A stretch of 40,620 nucleotides of DNA from an uncultured archaeon. GTDB lineage: Archaea; Asgardarchaeota; Thorarchaeia; Thorarchaeales; Thorarchaeaceae. The DNA lies in assembly GCA_964610875.1 (NCBI GenBank), contig CAZSWP010000004.1, positions 65,469-106,088 on the forward strand, in the 5' to 3' direction. The notes under the pieces are model-generated. The model ran no database searches, was not told where the DNA came from, and saw only the letters and a list, made by a program, of their open reading frames with translations. A program made the translations under genes and the position numbers. Shown one piece after another: positions 9,901-17,332 of the stretch (its first letter is position 1; every line of letters begins with the position of its first letter).

Positions 9901-11679
9901 GAATTGACTACAAACGAAACTGGAATGGTCACTTGGATCAGTCAGATATCGGATGAAGGGTATTACATTGTGTCCGCGTCCTTCACTCTGACTGGAGTCT
10001 ATCTCTCCTCTGTAGCTTCTAAAGAAATTCATGTTCGACAATCAACTCAAATTCAGCTTTCCTATGATGATAAGACAGAGGTCATTGCAGAACTGATTTC
10101 ATTCAGTGCTCATATTCTCCTTGAAGATATAGATGGAGCTGCTCTTGAAGGAAATACGGTGTACTACTCTCTCTATCATGATGAGTTAGGTATTGTAAAA
10201 AATGGCAGCTTCATCCAACCTGGTCCGAGTGGAATAGATGTGGATATCACTATCCACCAAATGGGTGATTATACGCTTGTCTTCTACTTCACTGGGACTG
10301 AACATTATCATCCATCAAGTACAGCACTGGACTTGTTTGTTCGAGGAACATCACTGACGATAATTGATGGCATAGGTTCTATCCCGAGGAACAGCTCAGA
10401 ATTGATATCGATAGAGGTTCTAGATGAAATTGGATTTGCAATTGATACATCAAGTCTTTCCTATGTACTGAATCTCTCTGGTCCTACATCCTCTTTAGAC
10501 GGTCGAATCACGTCTAGTGGGACATCATTGTATGTGAATATTACAGGCTTACCTATTGGCTCTTACACACTTAATACAACAGTAATTGAAACCATACAAC
10601 GTTTGGGCTCAAGTGCAATATTTGAATTCAATGTAACAACCTGTGTAATTCTGAATGAAATTGAGTTATATCTTCCCGGTCTGGTTGGTGAAGAGCATAT
10701 CATGACTCTTCAAATGGTAGACTCATATGGAGAGAATGTCACAGACATACCTCTCTATGTTAGTCTATATGACTCAGAGGGACGGGAGATTTTCGGTAGT
10801 TCTCTGAGCAAAACAACAAAGATTGACACTGTAGAATCTTTGGCAACCATATCATGGACTCCGCTTCGTGCAGGTAATTATACACTTCACATCAGTTGCC
10901 TCGATGCTGAGTTTATCGTAGGTATTGAAAAGGAAACAGTTGTTTGGACCCGTCATAAGAGTACTATGAGTTCGGAAGGTCTTGATTCACTTCTCTCAAC
11001 CGAAGGCTTAGAATTCGCTGTCATACTAAAATCTGGGAGTTCTGGTCTAAGAGAACGCAACATTATCTTTACACTCATCTTGAATAACGAGCTCTACTTT
11101 CAAGTAATCCGGCTCACCAACTACGGAGGTCAATCAGACTTGGTGCTTGATCGGATACCTGCTGGCAATTTGACCATCGAAGCAAGATTCCTGGGTGATA
11201 GCAGTTATTCATCTTGTGAATACTCAGTCACAGCTGTTGTCCAACCAGTAATTTCAGTGATCGTAGAAGAGGCATACGGACTATATCTTGGTGTAAATTC
11301 ATCAGTCACGTTGAGTGTGAGTGTACACTGGCTGCAGATGGCTGATGTTCTCTTAGAAGCCTCTGTCTATGATAGTGTAGGAAACCTTCTCATCAATACT
11401 GAAGATTCTATTGGAAATGATACTGTGATCACAGTTTATTTCGTTCCTACAATAACGGGCAATTACTCGCTTCTAATATCAATGCAGGGAATCCCGGTAA
11501 TCAATAATTATACAGAGGAATTCAGATTCATGATACTCGAAGCACCTATTCAGATACCATTAGATGCTGGAATAACTCCAATATTAGGATCAGGTATGAT
11601 TCTAACTGTCATCGCGTTTGTTGTAAGGAAGAAATTAAACACCATAATAACAGACCTTCCTACTGAGTGGGAGTCGTAG
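3904..11679 (+). CDS. Giant surface protein: signal peptide, prenyltransferase/squalene-cyclase-like alpha/alpha-barrel repeats, tandem Ig-like domains, C-terminal membrane anchor
   Basis: N-terminal KK plus a hydrophobic stretch. Q..DGGF-type repeats (SQKGDGGF, QQADGSF, NQLPSGGFG, AQYPTGHF). Repeated T(N/D)..G...(W/F)...G.Y...A.F.G beta-sandwich motifs. C-terminal TM followed by RKK. Many N-X-S/T sequons. Confidence 0.85.
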   Translation: MSINKKPIIILVVLLLVLPIIFQENAIADVALEEHGVSNIAPDPIQEFTTSSVTGSLIDYGEFLVIHQTGQSIESKGAELTSLLNQWGVSSISIMPSELESSPPILSDAPCLILDASLGSENASLLTDSFIQLLIQYDRPIVVMGRAAWLLHRLHKLSSPTLTMSVATTTQLDPTDVVYLSYPYSIDQSATLTSESLELPKDRVQSVRSRIITLTGGETSNQYPILRYDSFPLDTFLLGQEDPTLWTTTGEEIFINIVAYSTALGESTTSDIVSTAQSNGTIGGGFAYGHEPCLEPAYYSVHIIRSLLSGTEWTDWSATNSEFVENVLTPLYVDNGTHAWFLNHFTDTIENLDTTAMGLWLVETMSLSSSFDSSLLSAYLADSQKGDGGFSSVPNAFFVLEALNASGSIGLIDSTSLYNWLVDCRVNSDDTSDAQYWGGIAKSPYSALPKNQYSALYLQCLEILEKSHPDILKLVDWILDETQQADGSFSDRNTPDKDVVRGTSSALTSLEMLGYLSPENRTSSLGWLEDNQLPSGGFGTNTASLDIVGKPLETFYVATTLNELNEISSTMANRISDFVESIRSDTGFEGMEMIPSLLWGDWLGQIARFSHAGTSLGIENLTSYYQKHESFSFYMPWTNVTVLPAEEYMYDNYRTKSVWSIYHGLLMGAQSAIEPKSGASVDSTTFTLAAQYPTGHFRLYAGGSAHMQYTVAAVESLYLLDEIDSIYYRSALDSQVLAMYSSGSWSDAGWTLRPYTSSQSAIDWLSTRTALRLGLIDQTMASEIASVIESRIQYSDLWDLSRDVATLALLNESFSIDLESIDSASILSTLGSSPFSDGWYNESAEWQPVVTAGVLEMLSIFGLRTEVLDITGNRISGTSPDGELGDVLEVTVSITSSSYTHDVILHAFGHDLLYEDVGNSDILLVNVPSSSSYLGIQNISLMLLDRGDSRAFNRIEISINTTMTGFLTVDTPEILLGDLINGSVSWTLENLEDVGECTVIIRLGDPPSYQQWTEDSSSPYSFSIPTVDFDPGVYNLSVFISREFCTTLVLREEVTINSPIDTYIESETDQVLDVGDVLQIPILLRFSNNDSLVASQNITLTIRNSIGTIVHTDYLITEETESMFDWTPDQRGSYSFDLVFERNGTLEGCEYNGAFIAMENATLQWILSSPQEQYSMYTTSVLLQTINGAPLVSESISILVKAPSGQTIIDSDFTTNSSGHIEFSIVLGENGIYTLDAEFLGKEYVRSISNNTSLVSWSSTNLVIDGIPSDGLVNDSWTIWAQLSDSIGQPIVGEAVTLRVTLLPSTIVYQTTLTTNSTGHVSTSWSSSTPGSFQYTAEFAGTLSLDQSGDSRGTDLYIPVQLVVQQFSSLQVGFEGWVLVYATDHTQSPVSGVLAEFVVRDPSNSIIFQTSGIFENGYYNVSWTPSVRGVNNFTVSSDRQSWFEAACNSELLDVFESSIITCEFTETLLAPARNVLQIEVLDTSSTPVSGIDVSIIITLNGLIITDVIKTTNIDGSIEISVDFNEPGELEILTESTAGNWLLESGTFIEDTVLGKTTIDLLMNGLPISQGKDPGILVEVISWDLSPLNGAHVNITIERASDGSLVTQALRTTGMDGRCAFAHSFNEIGDFIIRAVYMPSGINAENSTFLVQRVTVVPDVILIHPLDATVGGQVSFEVGILDNLDSYVPNKSLQLAVIYQGNPIFESQVESDSDLVIIHWTASQRGSLTITLSVFGGTYCLANSTSSVTSCFENVSSELTLNATTIDLFESVLLEYQISTSGDPGGIAVIFEVLDVNLLPVWDMELFTNESGYVSTLYVANDTHGILKVRVAPNENQYLSGGMNQIDLTVKTSCIVDTNFNPYPPIINEEVNVTINIDSELGSPIDGLTISVRIRNPSGVWVEYNPYVSVIEGLAWIVFTPENHGAYLVRVAANTEPTTHSFTIDEQHTVFHPTSIDLQIVSSLLQVNDNLTVSAQLFNSFGVGMSGMRLTIELNGKNPVELTTNETGMVTWISQISDEGYYIVSASFTLTGVYLSSVASKEIHVRQSTQIQLSYDDKTEVIAELISFSAHILLEDIDGAALEGNTVYYSLYHDELGIVKNGSFIQPGPSGIDVDITIHQMGDYTLVFYFTGTEHYHPSSTALDLFVRGTSLTIIDGIGSIPRNSSELISIEVLDEIGFAIDTSSLSYVLNLSGPTSSLDGRITSSGTSLYVNITGLPIGSYTLNTTVIETIQRLGSSAIFEFNVTTCVILNEIELYLPGLVGEEHIMTLQMVDSYGENVTDIPLYVSLYDSEGREIFGSSLSKTTKIDTVESLATISWTPLRAGNYTLHISCLDAEFIVGIEKETVVWTRHKSTMSSEGLDSLLSTEGLEFAVILKSGSSGLRERNIIFTLILNNELYFQVIRLTNYGGQSDLVLDRIPAGNLTIEARFLGDSSYSSCEYSVTAVVQPVISVIVEEAYGLYLGVNSSVTLSVSVHWLQMADVLLEASVYDSVGNLLINTEDSIGNDTVITVYFVPTITGNYSLLISMQGIPVINNYTEEFRFMILEAPIQIPLDAGITPILGSGMILTVIAFVVRKKLNTIITDLPTEWES

Positions 11680-11681
11680 AC

Positions 11682-13403
11682 TCAGACGAGTCCAGCCTTT
11701 TCAGCTATCGGAAAGGAGAGGATGAACTTACTACCAACAGATTGTTCATCTCTAGAAAAGTCATCAATAGCAATATCTCCATCATAACGTCGCGCTAATT
11801 CTCTCCCTAAGCCTAACCAAATCCCATGTATCGGTACTTTTGCTTTCATACGCCAGTCGAAGACTTTACCCTTTACACTATCAGGAAATTCTCCATGATA
11901 CGGTCCAATCTCTATATTGACTTCAGATCTCTCGATTGCAACGTTTGCTGCGATATGAATTGTAACAGTGTCTGACTTATGACTTGCTATACATTGTGCT
12001 ATTAGAGATACGAATCCTTGTTCAAGTTGTTCTTCAGCTTGAATAATGGCTGGTCTATTTGGAGGGTGATAGTCCAATATCGCTTCTCTTGCTGAATATT
12101 TCAAAGCAGCTGCATCAAAGGCTCTCAACAGAAGGGGCTCCACATCAAGTGGTTTCGTTTCTAACTCGAGACCTCTTGCTTCGGCAAGAGTTTCCACATC
12201 TTTAACCAAGTCTATGGACCGCCCTAGTTGGTTTTTCAAGATCTTATAATTCTCACTATTTTGGTCAAGTTCAGGATTCTCGAGATAGAGTAATTCCATA
12301 CCAAACAGTATTCCCTGTAACAGGTTATTCATATCGTGGCCCAAGAGATCCAGATAGAACTCTGCCCGGTCTCTTTCTTCAACAACCGCTGCAAGTAGCT
12401 CTGCAAGAGCCTCTGTTTCCTTTTCGGCAACAGTAATTGTCACATCGTTGATTAGCATCAATACAAGACTTGGTTTTCCAGTGGAATCTAGTTCATGCGG
12501 GACAATATCTATTTGGTAAAGTCTTCCTGGGTCTAGAATATCTATCACTCTGTATGGTAGTACCCAACTTTTTCCTGTGTTGAATACTTGAGTGATTGCG
12601 CCAGCGTAATCTTTTACCAACTGATTAGCAATCTTAATCGTATTCGTTTTCATTCCCATTACTTCGATTTGACCCCCTAGGTTCGTCATCTCTACTTGAC
12701 GGTCCCTTCGGATTACAATCAATCCAATTTTGATGCGTTCAAATAGATGAATGAATGTTGAGGTTCCTTGGACTATGCCTCCCACTGAAGCTACAATGAG
12801 TCCAAACGTCTGTAGTACTACTGCTTGACTGTTGAAACGAAACACTCCCGCTAGAATGCCTTCAGCGAGATAGAGGATGAGAAAACCAAAAATGACCATG
12901 AGTGAACCTTTTGCGTATTCTGGTTTTGACTGACGATATGGATTGCCCTTCATCAGATAGAGATAGTAAAGAATGACTGTAATGACCATTGGACCTATTG
13001 TGACAACACCAAGTATTCTGACGAATTCCAAATCAAAAATAAGAAAGAAACTGGCTACCACCGGAATACTTACTCCTGGAATCAAGTATGTCAACTTATG
13101 TTTCCAAGGCTCCACTCCTCTGAGCTTTACGATTGTACTGGATCGTAACATTTCAAGTCCAGCGAGGATCAATGGTGTGATAAGCATAAAATCAATGAAT
13201 CTTAGAAATGGTAGTGAAGGATCTCCTTCAGGCAGATTCATCCAGATGTAGAAATTAAGGAATCGCAATGCACCTGCAAGTGAAAATATAGCATATGCTG
13301 CATCCACCCACAATCTACGACGAAATGCTGAGTAGACATAATAAGATGAAACAAAAAGCGCTATACCAGTTGTTGCTAGCGCAATCTCATACATTGGTGG
13401 CAC
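11682..13403 (-). CDS. Membrane sensor histidine kinase-like protein (about 7 TM, PAS-like, HisKA, degenerate HATPase)
   Basis: Hydrophobic N-terminal ~210 aa and an H-box EFYLDLLGHDMNNLLQG. The C-terminal HATPase-like region ends GSKFILSFP. Confidence 0.85.
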   Translation of the reverse strand: MPPMYEIALATTGIALFVSSYYVYSAFRRRLWVDAAYAIFSLAGALRFLNFYIWMNLPEGDPSLPFLRFIDFMLITPLILAGLEMLRSSTIVKLRGVEPWKHKLTYLIPGVSIPVVASFFLIFDLEFVRILGVVTIGPMVITVILYYLYLMKGNPYRQSKPEYAKGSLMVIFGFLILYLAEGILAGVFRFNSQAVVLQTFGLIVASVGGIVQGTSTFIHLFERIKIGLIVIRRDRQVEMTNLGGQIEVMGMKTNTIKIANQLVKDYAGAITQVFNTGKSWVLPYRVIDILDPGRLYQIDIVPHELDSTGKPSLVLMLINDVTITVAEKETEALAELLAAVVEERDRAEFYLDLLGHDMNNLLQGILFGMELLYLENPELDQNSENYKILKNQLGRSIDLVKDVETLAEARGLELETKPLDVEPLLLRAFDAAALKYSAREAILDYHPPNRPAIIQAEEQLEQGFVSLIAQCIASHKSDTVTIHIAANVAIERSEVNIEIGPYHGEFPDSVKGKVFDWRMKAKVPIHGIWLGLGRELARRYDGDIAIDDFSRDEQSVGSKFILSFPIAEKAGLV

Positions 13404-13631
13404 TGCTCCCTTTCAAATCCGAATATTATTTTGTGCTGATTTGGTTTGAATAACTAACTACTTCAATAAATCGATGATATATAACAGTCGAATTTCATAT
13501 AATTATGAAGTGATTCATTCTGGTTATTTTGTTGAATCTATCATTCATTAATGGTGTAATTAGACCCTCACCATATTTCTCAGATATTGCAGCATCATTT
13601 GCTCTGTTGGGACAAAACAATTGATGTGAAG

Positions 13632-13767
13632 TTAAAAACACCCAGTGGCCTTGCTGGACAGACGACACAAGACTCCTTCGTCTAGGTTACAATCAACGGT
13701 GAAAGATAAAAGGGCTGGTGTCGTTGCCCGCCAGAAGCTGTACAAACAATTTGACGATGTGAGTGCT
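13632..13767 (+). promoter_or_regulatory. Putative TATA-like box (TTAAAAA 13632-13638) plus a structured 5' leader of the CoA-transferase operon
   Basis: A GC-richer segment after an AT-rich intergenic region, with several complementary stretches (see findings). Confidence 0.35.
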
Positions 13768-14682
13768 TTGACTGAAGCTGAAGTACAGGACAAAATAATA
13801 ACTCTGGCAGAAGCAGCCAAGAAGGTCCAGGATAACGACGGCCTTTTCTGGGGTGGTTTTGGATACCAGAGAGCTCCAATAGGTTTTGCTGCGGAGCTTG
13901 TGCGAAAAAAGAAGAAGAACCTGACCATCTATACCTGTGGTTCTGAAGTGGACTTGGAGATAATGGCGGGTACAGGGGTTGCAAAACGTTTCGAAATTGC
14001 CTTCGTGGCTATCGAAGCTTTAGGCCTTGCAAATAATATGCGAAGACGTGTTGCAGAAGGCAAAGTCGAGATTGAAGACTATAGCAATCTGGCAATGGCA
14101 ATGCGTTTTCTTGGTGGCGCATTAAATGTGCCCTTCATGCCAATCAGAAGTCTCATGGGAACGGACATGGCAAATCTCTCTAGATACCGCGGTGATGATA
14201 AGCTGAAGATCATCGACGATCCATTTGGAAGTGGAAAGATCTGTCTAGTACCATCCATACAACCTGATTTTAGTATAGTCCACGTACAACGCGTAGACAA
14301 TATGGGAAATGCTCAGATTGATGGTATTGTGGGAGAAGACATTGAAGGGTCTCGCTGTGGAAAGACACTGATTGTCATTGCAGAGGAGCTGATTGATGTT
14401 GAAGAGATCAAAACAAAACCTGACCAGACAAAGATTCCTGCAATGTATGTGGATCACGTCGTAATTAATCCGTATCAGGCTCATCCAATGCAATGCCACA
14501 ACTACTATGATTATGACCTAGAACATCTAATGCTATTTCATAAAATGACCAAGACTGAAGAAGGCTGGCAAGACTATCTTGAGAAATACATCACTGGCGT
14601 AGAAAATCACGAAGAGTACTTAGAACTAATCGGTAAAGAGAAATTAGGACAGCTAAAGGCAAAGGAGCCTTATGGATATTAG
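13768..14682 (+). CDS. gctA: Family I CoA-transferase subunit A (glutaconate CoA-transferase-like); probable start TTG 13768 or GTG 13759 (track ORF starts at 13645)
   Basis: DKIITLAEAA at the N-terminus, GGF..RAP, EDYSNLAMAMRFLGGALNVPFMP, HVQRVD..GNAQI and HP..C..YYDYD. Confidence 0.85.
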   Translation: MTEAEVQDKIITLAEAAKKVQDNDGLFWGGFGYQRAPIGFAAELVRKKKKNLTIYTCGSEVDLEIMAGTGVAKRFEIAFVAIEALGLANNMRRRVAEGKVEIEDYSNLAMAMRFLGGALNVPFMPIRSLMGTDMANLSRYRGDDKLKIIDDPFGSGKICLVPSIQPDFSIVHVQRVDNMGNAQIDGIVGEDIEGSRCGKTLIVIAEELIDVEEIKTKPDQTKIPAMYVDHVVINPYQAHPMQCHNYYDYDLEHLMLFHKMTKTEEGWQDYLEKYITGVENHEEYLELIGKEKLGQLKAKEPYGY

Positions 14683-14693
14683 GAGGTAAGAAC

Positions 14694-15467
14694 ATGGTAG
14701 AATATTCTAAAATCGAGTTTCTAACAGCATGTGCATCTCGTCATGTACGAGACGGAGAGAATGTATTTGGAGGAACTGGACTTCCGCTTCTCGCTGCTCT
14801 ACTTGCCAAGGAGACCCACGCTCCTAATATCAACCTGATATCTGAGGCGGGATTCATCGATGCTAGACCTCAAGAGGTTCCCCTATCGGTAGCTGATAGC
14901 AGATACTACTTCGGTTGTTCTGCATCAATTGGTTTGATTGAAACATTGGGTTTCATTCTTCAAGGAGGGAATATTGATGTCGGATTTCTTGGAGCTGCAC
15001 AAATTGATGAATATGGCAACCTGAATACTAGCTATATAGGTCCATATGAAAACCCGAAAGTCAGACTACCAGGGAGCGGTGGTGGGAATGACATCGCCTC
15101 ATCTGCGAAACGGTTAATCATTATGATGACTCATGATAAAAGAAAATTCGTCAAGAAACTAGATCATCTCACAAGTCCCGGTCATCTGACAGGACCCAAT
15201 GCTCGAGACGAATGGAATTTAGTGGGAAATGGTCCAGAAGTTGTCATTACGGATATGTGTCAGTTTGATTTTGAGCCCGACACAAAGAAGATTCGGCTAA
15301 AATCCGTCCATCCATGTATCTCTGTGGATGATGTTTTGGAGAACGTCATGTTTGACATTATCGTACCTGATGATGTCCCAATAACGAAGGAACCAACTCA
15401 AGACCAAATCGATATCATGCATAAGCTGGATCCAAAAGGCATCTATCTTGGTAAGGGTGCGAAATAG
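14694..15467 (+). CDS. gctB: Family I CoA-transferase subunit B (glutaconate CoA-transferase-like)
   Basis: GTGLP, a catalytic-Glu motif LISEAG, GFLGAAQIDEYGNLN and RLPGSGGGNDIAS. RBS AGGAGG upstream. Confidence 0.9.
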   Translation: MVEYSKIEFLTACASRHVRDGENVFGGTGLPLLAALLAKETHAPNINLISEAGFIDARPQEVPLSVADSRYYFGCSASIGLIETLGFILQGGNIDVGFLGAAQIDEYGNLNTSYIGPYENPKVRLPGSGGGNDIASSAKRLIIMMTHDKRKFVKKLDHLTSPGHLTGPNARDEWNLVGNGPEVVITDMCQFDFEPDTKKIRLKSVHPCISVDDVLENVMFDIIVPDDVPITKEPTQDQIDIMHKLDPKGIYLGKGAK

Positions 15468-15485
15468 CATCAATGGACTAAGGGG

Positions 15486-16229
15486 ATGGATGCACTGCAA
15501 CTCAGCAGTTTCGAAGCAGTTATCTTTGACCTTGACTCCACACTCACAGATACCCATAGGTATCCCAGTAAAGCTGTGATGTGGGTGCTCTCACAGTGTA
15601 CTGAGGATGTTGCTGCGCTAGGAGATGAGTATGTAGAAACTCTTGTTAGAAGCTATTTTGCTCAGATAGTTGACATCGTTAATGGTGCTCAATATCGATC
15701 TGCCTTTGAGATAGTACGGACTGCGATAAAGACTGCTGTGGATTCAGTGTGTCTACAGGCAGATGATGAAATCATCCTTGAAGGGACGAAGCTATTCAAA
15801 AGACTGCATGTTGAAATGTCCACACCTTATCCTGGCAGTAAAGAACTTCTTGAGAGGCTGAGTGAATTTGAAGTTAAGATTGGGGTTGTGACAAATAGTT
15901 TTGGCGGAAATATGTCGAGGATTCTAAAGGAAGTAGGGCTTCTCGAATATGTTGATTCAATCGTTGATGAAGATGATGTGAAATCGTTCAAACCAATGCG
16001 TCCTCCCTTTGAAGAGATTCTCAGAAGACTACAGGTGAGTCCTTCTGAAACAGTTTTTGTAGGGGACGAGTACTTTGCTGACATTGTTGGTGCTTCTAGA
16101 ATGAATATGTCTACTGTCTGGGTGAATTCTAGAGATCAAAATCTTGAGGAACAGAAAGAACGCTATGCTACTGATATCGAACCTGACTTGATAGTAAATT
16201 CCATCAAAGATTTACTCGATTATCTGTGA
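15486..16229 (+). CDS. HAD-superfamily hydrolase (subfamily IA)
   Basis: Motif I FDLDST, motif II VTN, motif III KP and motif IV VGD...D..GA. Confidence 0.9.
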   Translation: MDALQLSSFEAVIFDLDSTLTDTHRYPSKAVMWVLSQCTEDVAALGDEYVETLVRSYFAQIVDIVNGAQYRSAFEIVRTAIKTAVDSVCLQADDEIILEGTKLFKRLHVEMSTPYPGSKELLERLSEFEVKIGVVTNSFGGNMSRILKEVGLLEYVDSIVDEDDVKSFKPMRPPFEEILRRLQVSPSETVFVGDEYFADIVGASRMNMSTVWVNSRDQNLEEQKERYATDIEPDLIVNSIKDLLDYL

Positions 16230-16316
16230 TCCGTGTCCCTAATAATCAGACGAATAAGGATTATTAGAGAGTGACCACGAAGAAAAATTGTCAGCGCCCC
16301 GTAGGAGAAACACCAT

Positions 16317-16766
16317 ATGAGCGATAAGAACAGATTTGTGGGACCACTTAAGGCTCGGTCTGATTTAATTGATATTCTCCGTAGTTGCCCTGAGAATACA
16401 GAAGCCATAGTCGCTCTAATCCAAGCTGAACTAAGTGGCATGAAAGATGGTAGTGCTCTCTCTAGAATAACAGCAGCAATAAACACGATCACAGATAGAA
16501 CTGACGTTTCTGGTGAAACAAAAGACAATCTTCTCTATTGGTTGACAGAAAGTAGTCCTGATGCACGTCAGATGATAATGGTGCGTACAATAGAAGAGCT
16601 TCTTGGCGATAAGATTTGTAGACCAGCGATGATTGAAGCCCTCTCTCAAATATCATCCAAAGACAATGTGGACATGGTCATGAAATGGGTTGATGCTAAT
16701 ATCCTGACTCCGAATCAGGCGGTATTTGTACTACTCTTTCCTGAAGCTTCCCCCTCAATAAAATGA
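16317..16766 (+). CDS. Hypothetical alpha-helical protein
   Basis: Clean 149-aa ORF with an AGGAGA RBS and no recognisable motif. Confidence 0.7.
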   Translation: MSDKNRFVGPLKARSDLIDILRSCPENTEAIVALIQAELSGMKDGSALSRITAAINTITDRTDVSGETKDNLLYWLTESSPDARQMIMVRTIEELLGDKICRPAMIEALSQISSKDNVDMVMKWVDANILTPNQAVFVLLFPEASPSIK

Positions 16767-16785
16767 GTGGACAATGAAAGTCCAC
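16767..16785. terminator. Hairpin between convergent genes
   Basis: GTGGAC (16767-16772) / GTCCAC (16780-16785) inverted repeat directly after the stop codon. Confidence 0.4.
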
Positions 16786-16794
16786 GGATGCGCA

Positions 16795-17085
16795 TTAAAT
16801 GCCTAGATCTGGCATGTATTTCTTTACATACTTTTTCCAAGAAGGTTTGATCTCAATAGCCTTCTTTGCGGCTTTCTTAGCTTCTTCCTTTTGTCCAAGC
16901 TTGTAGCGTGCAAGAGCTAAGTAGTACCAAGCTTTGCCAAACTTTGGATTCAGTTCAACAGCTTTTTCAAAGGCCTCGATGGCTGCTTTGTCATTTCCAT
17001 CCGTTTCTCTACAGCGTCCTTCACCGAACCAATCATATGCTGTCATGTGCTCTTTGGAGTGTGAGAAATAGGTTTTTTTCGTCAT
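16795..17085 (-). CDS. Small TPR protein (probable start ATG 17085; track start 17115)
   Basis: AIEAFEKAVELNPKFGKAWYYLALARYKLGQKEEA..AKKAIEIKP is a canonical TPR consensus. Confidence 0.85.
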   Translation of the reverse strand: MTKKTYFSHSKEHMTAYDWFGEGRCRETDGNDKAAIEAFEKAVELNPKFGKAWYYLALARYKLGQKEEAKKAAKKAIEIKPSWKKYVKKYMPDLGI

Positions 17086-17332
17086 TTCTCTTTCATTCCT
17101 CTCTCTGAATGACACTTCTCCTATGACCTAATAAAGTTGCATACATGCCCATCCCTTTAGACCAATTAGCAAAACATAGTTTTCTCAATACTAAAGAAAC
17201 ATTTAAAGTGTTCATAAAACTTTGATAATGAAAATAATCTATCATAATCTTCATTTATAGCATTGAGAGTCTATCCTCTACAAGAGTCATTATATATATT
17301 CTCTTATCAAGCATAACTAGGTTGATAAAATA

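Noticed and set aside
5195-10041. Numerous 60-130 aa ORFs nested in or antisense to the giant gene (and similar ones inside other long genes)
   Set aside because: They are shadow ORFs of strongly supported CDSs and have no motifs of their own.
13700-13745. Canonical cobalamin riboswitch or a tRNA
   Set aside because: It lacks the GGAA / GGTG..AATCC T-loop and the downstream B12-box elements, and shows no cloverleaf or TTCGA arm. It is kept only as an unclassified structured leader.
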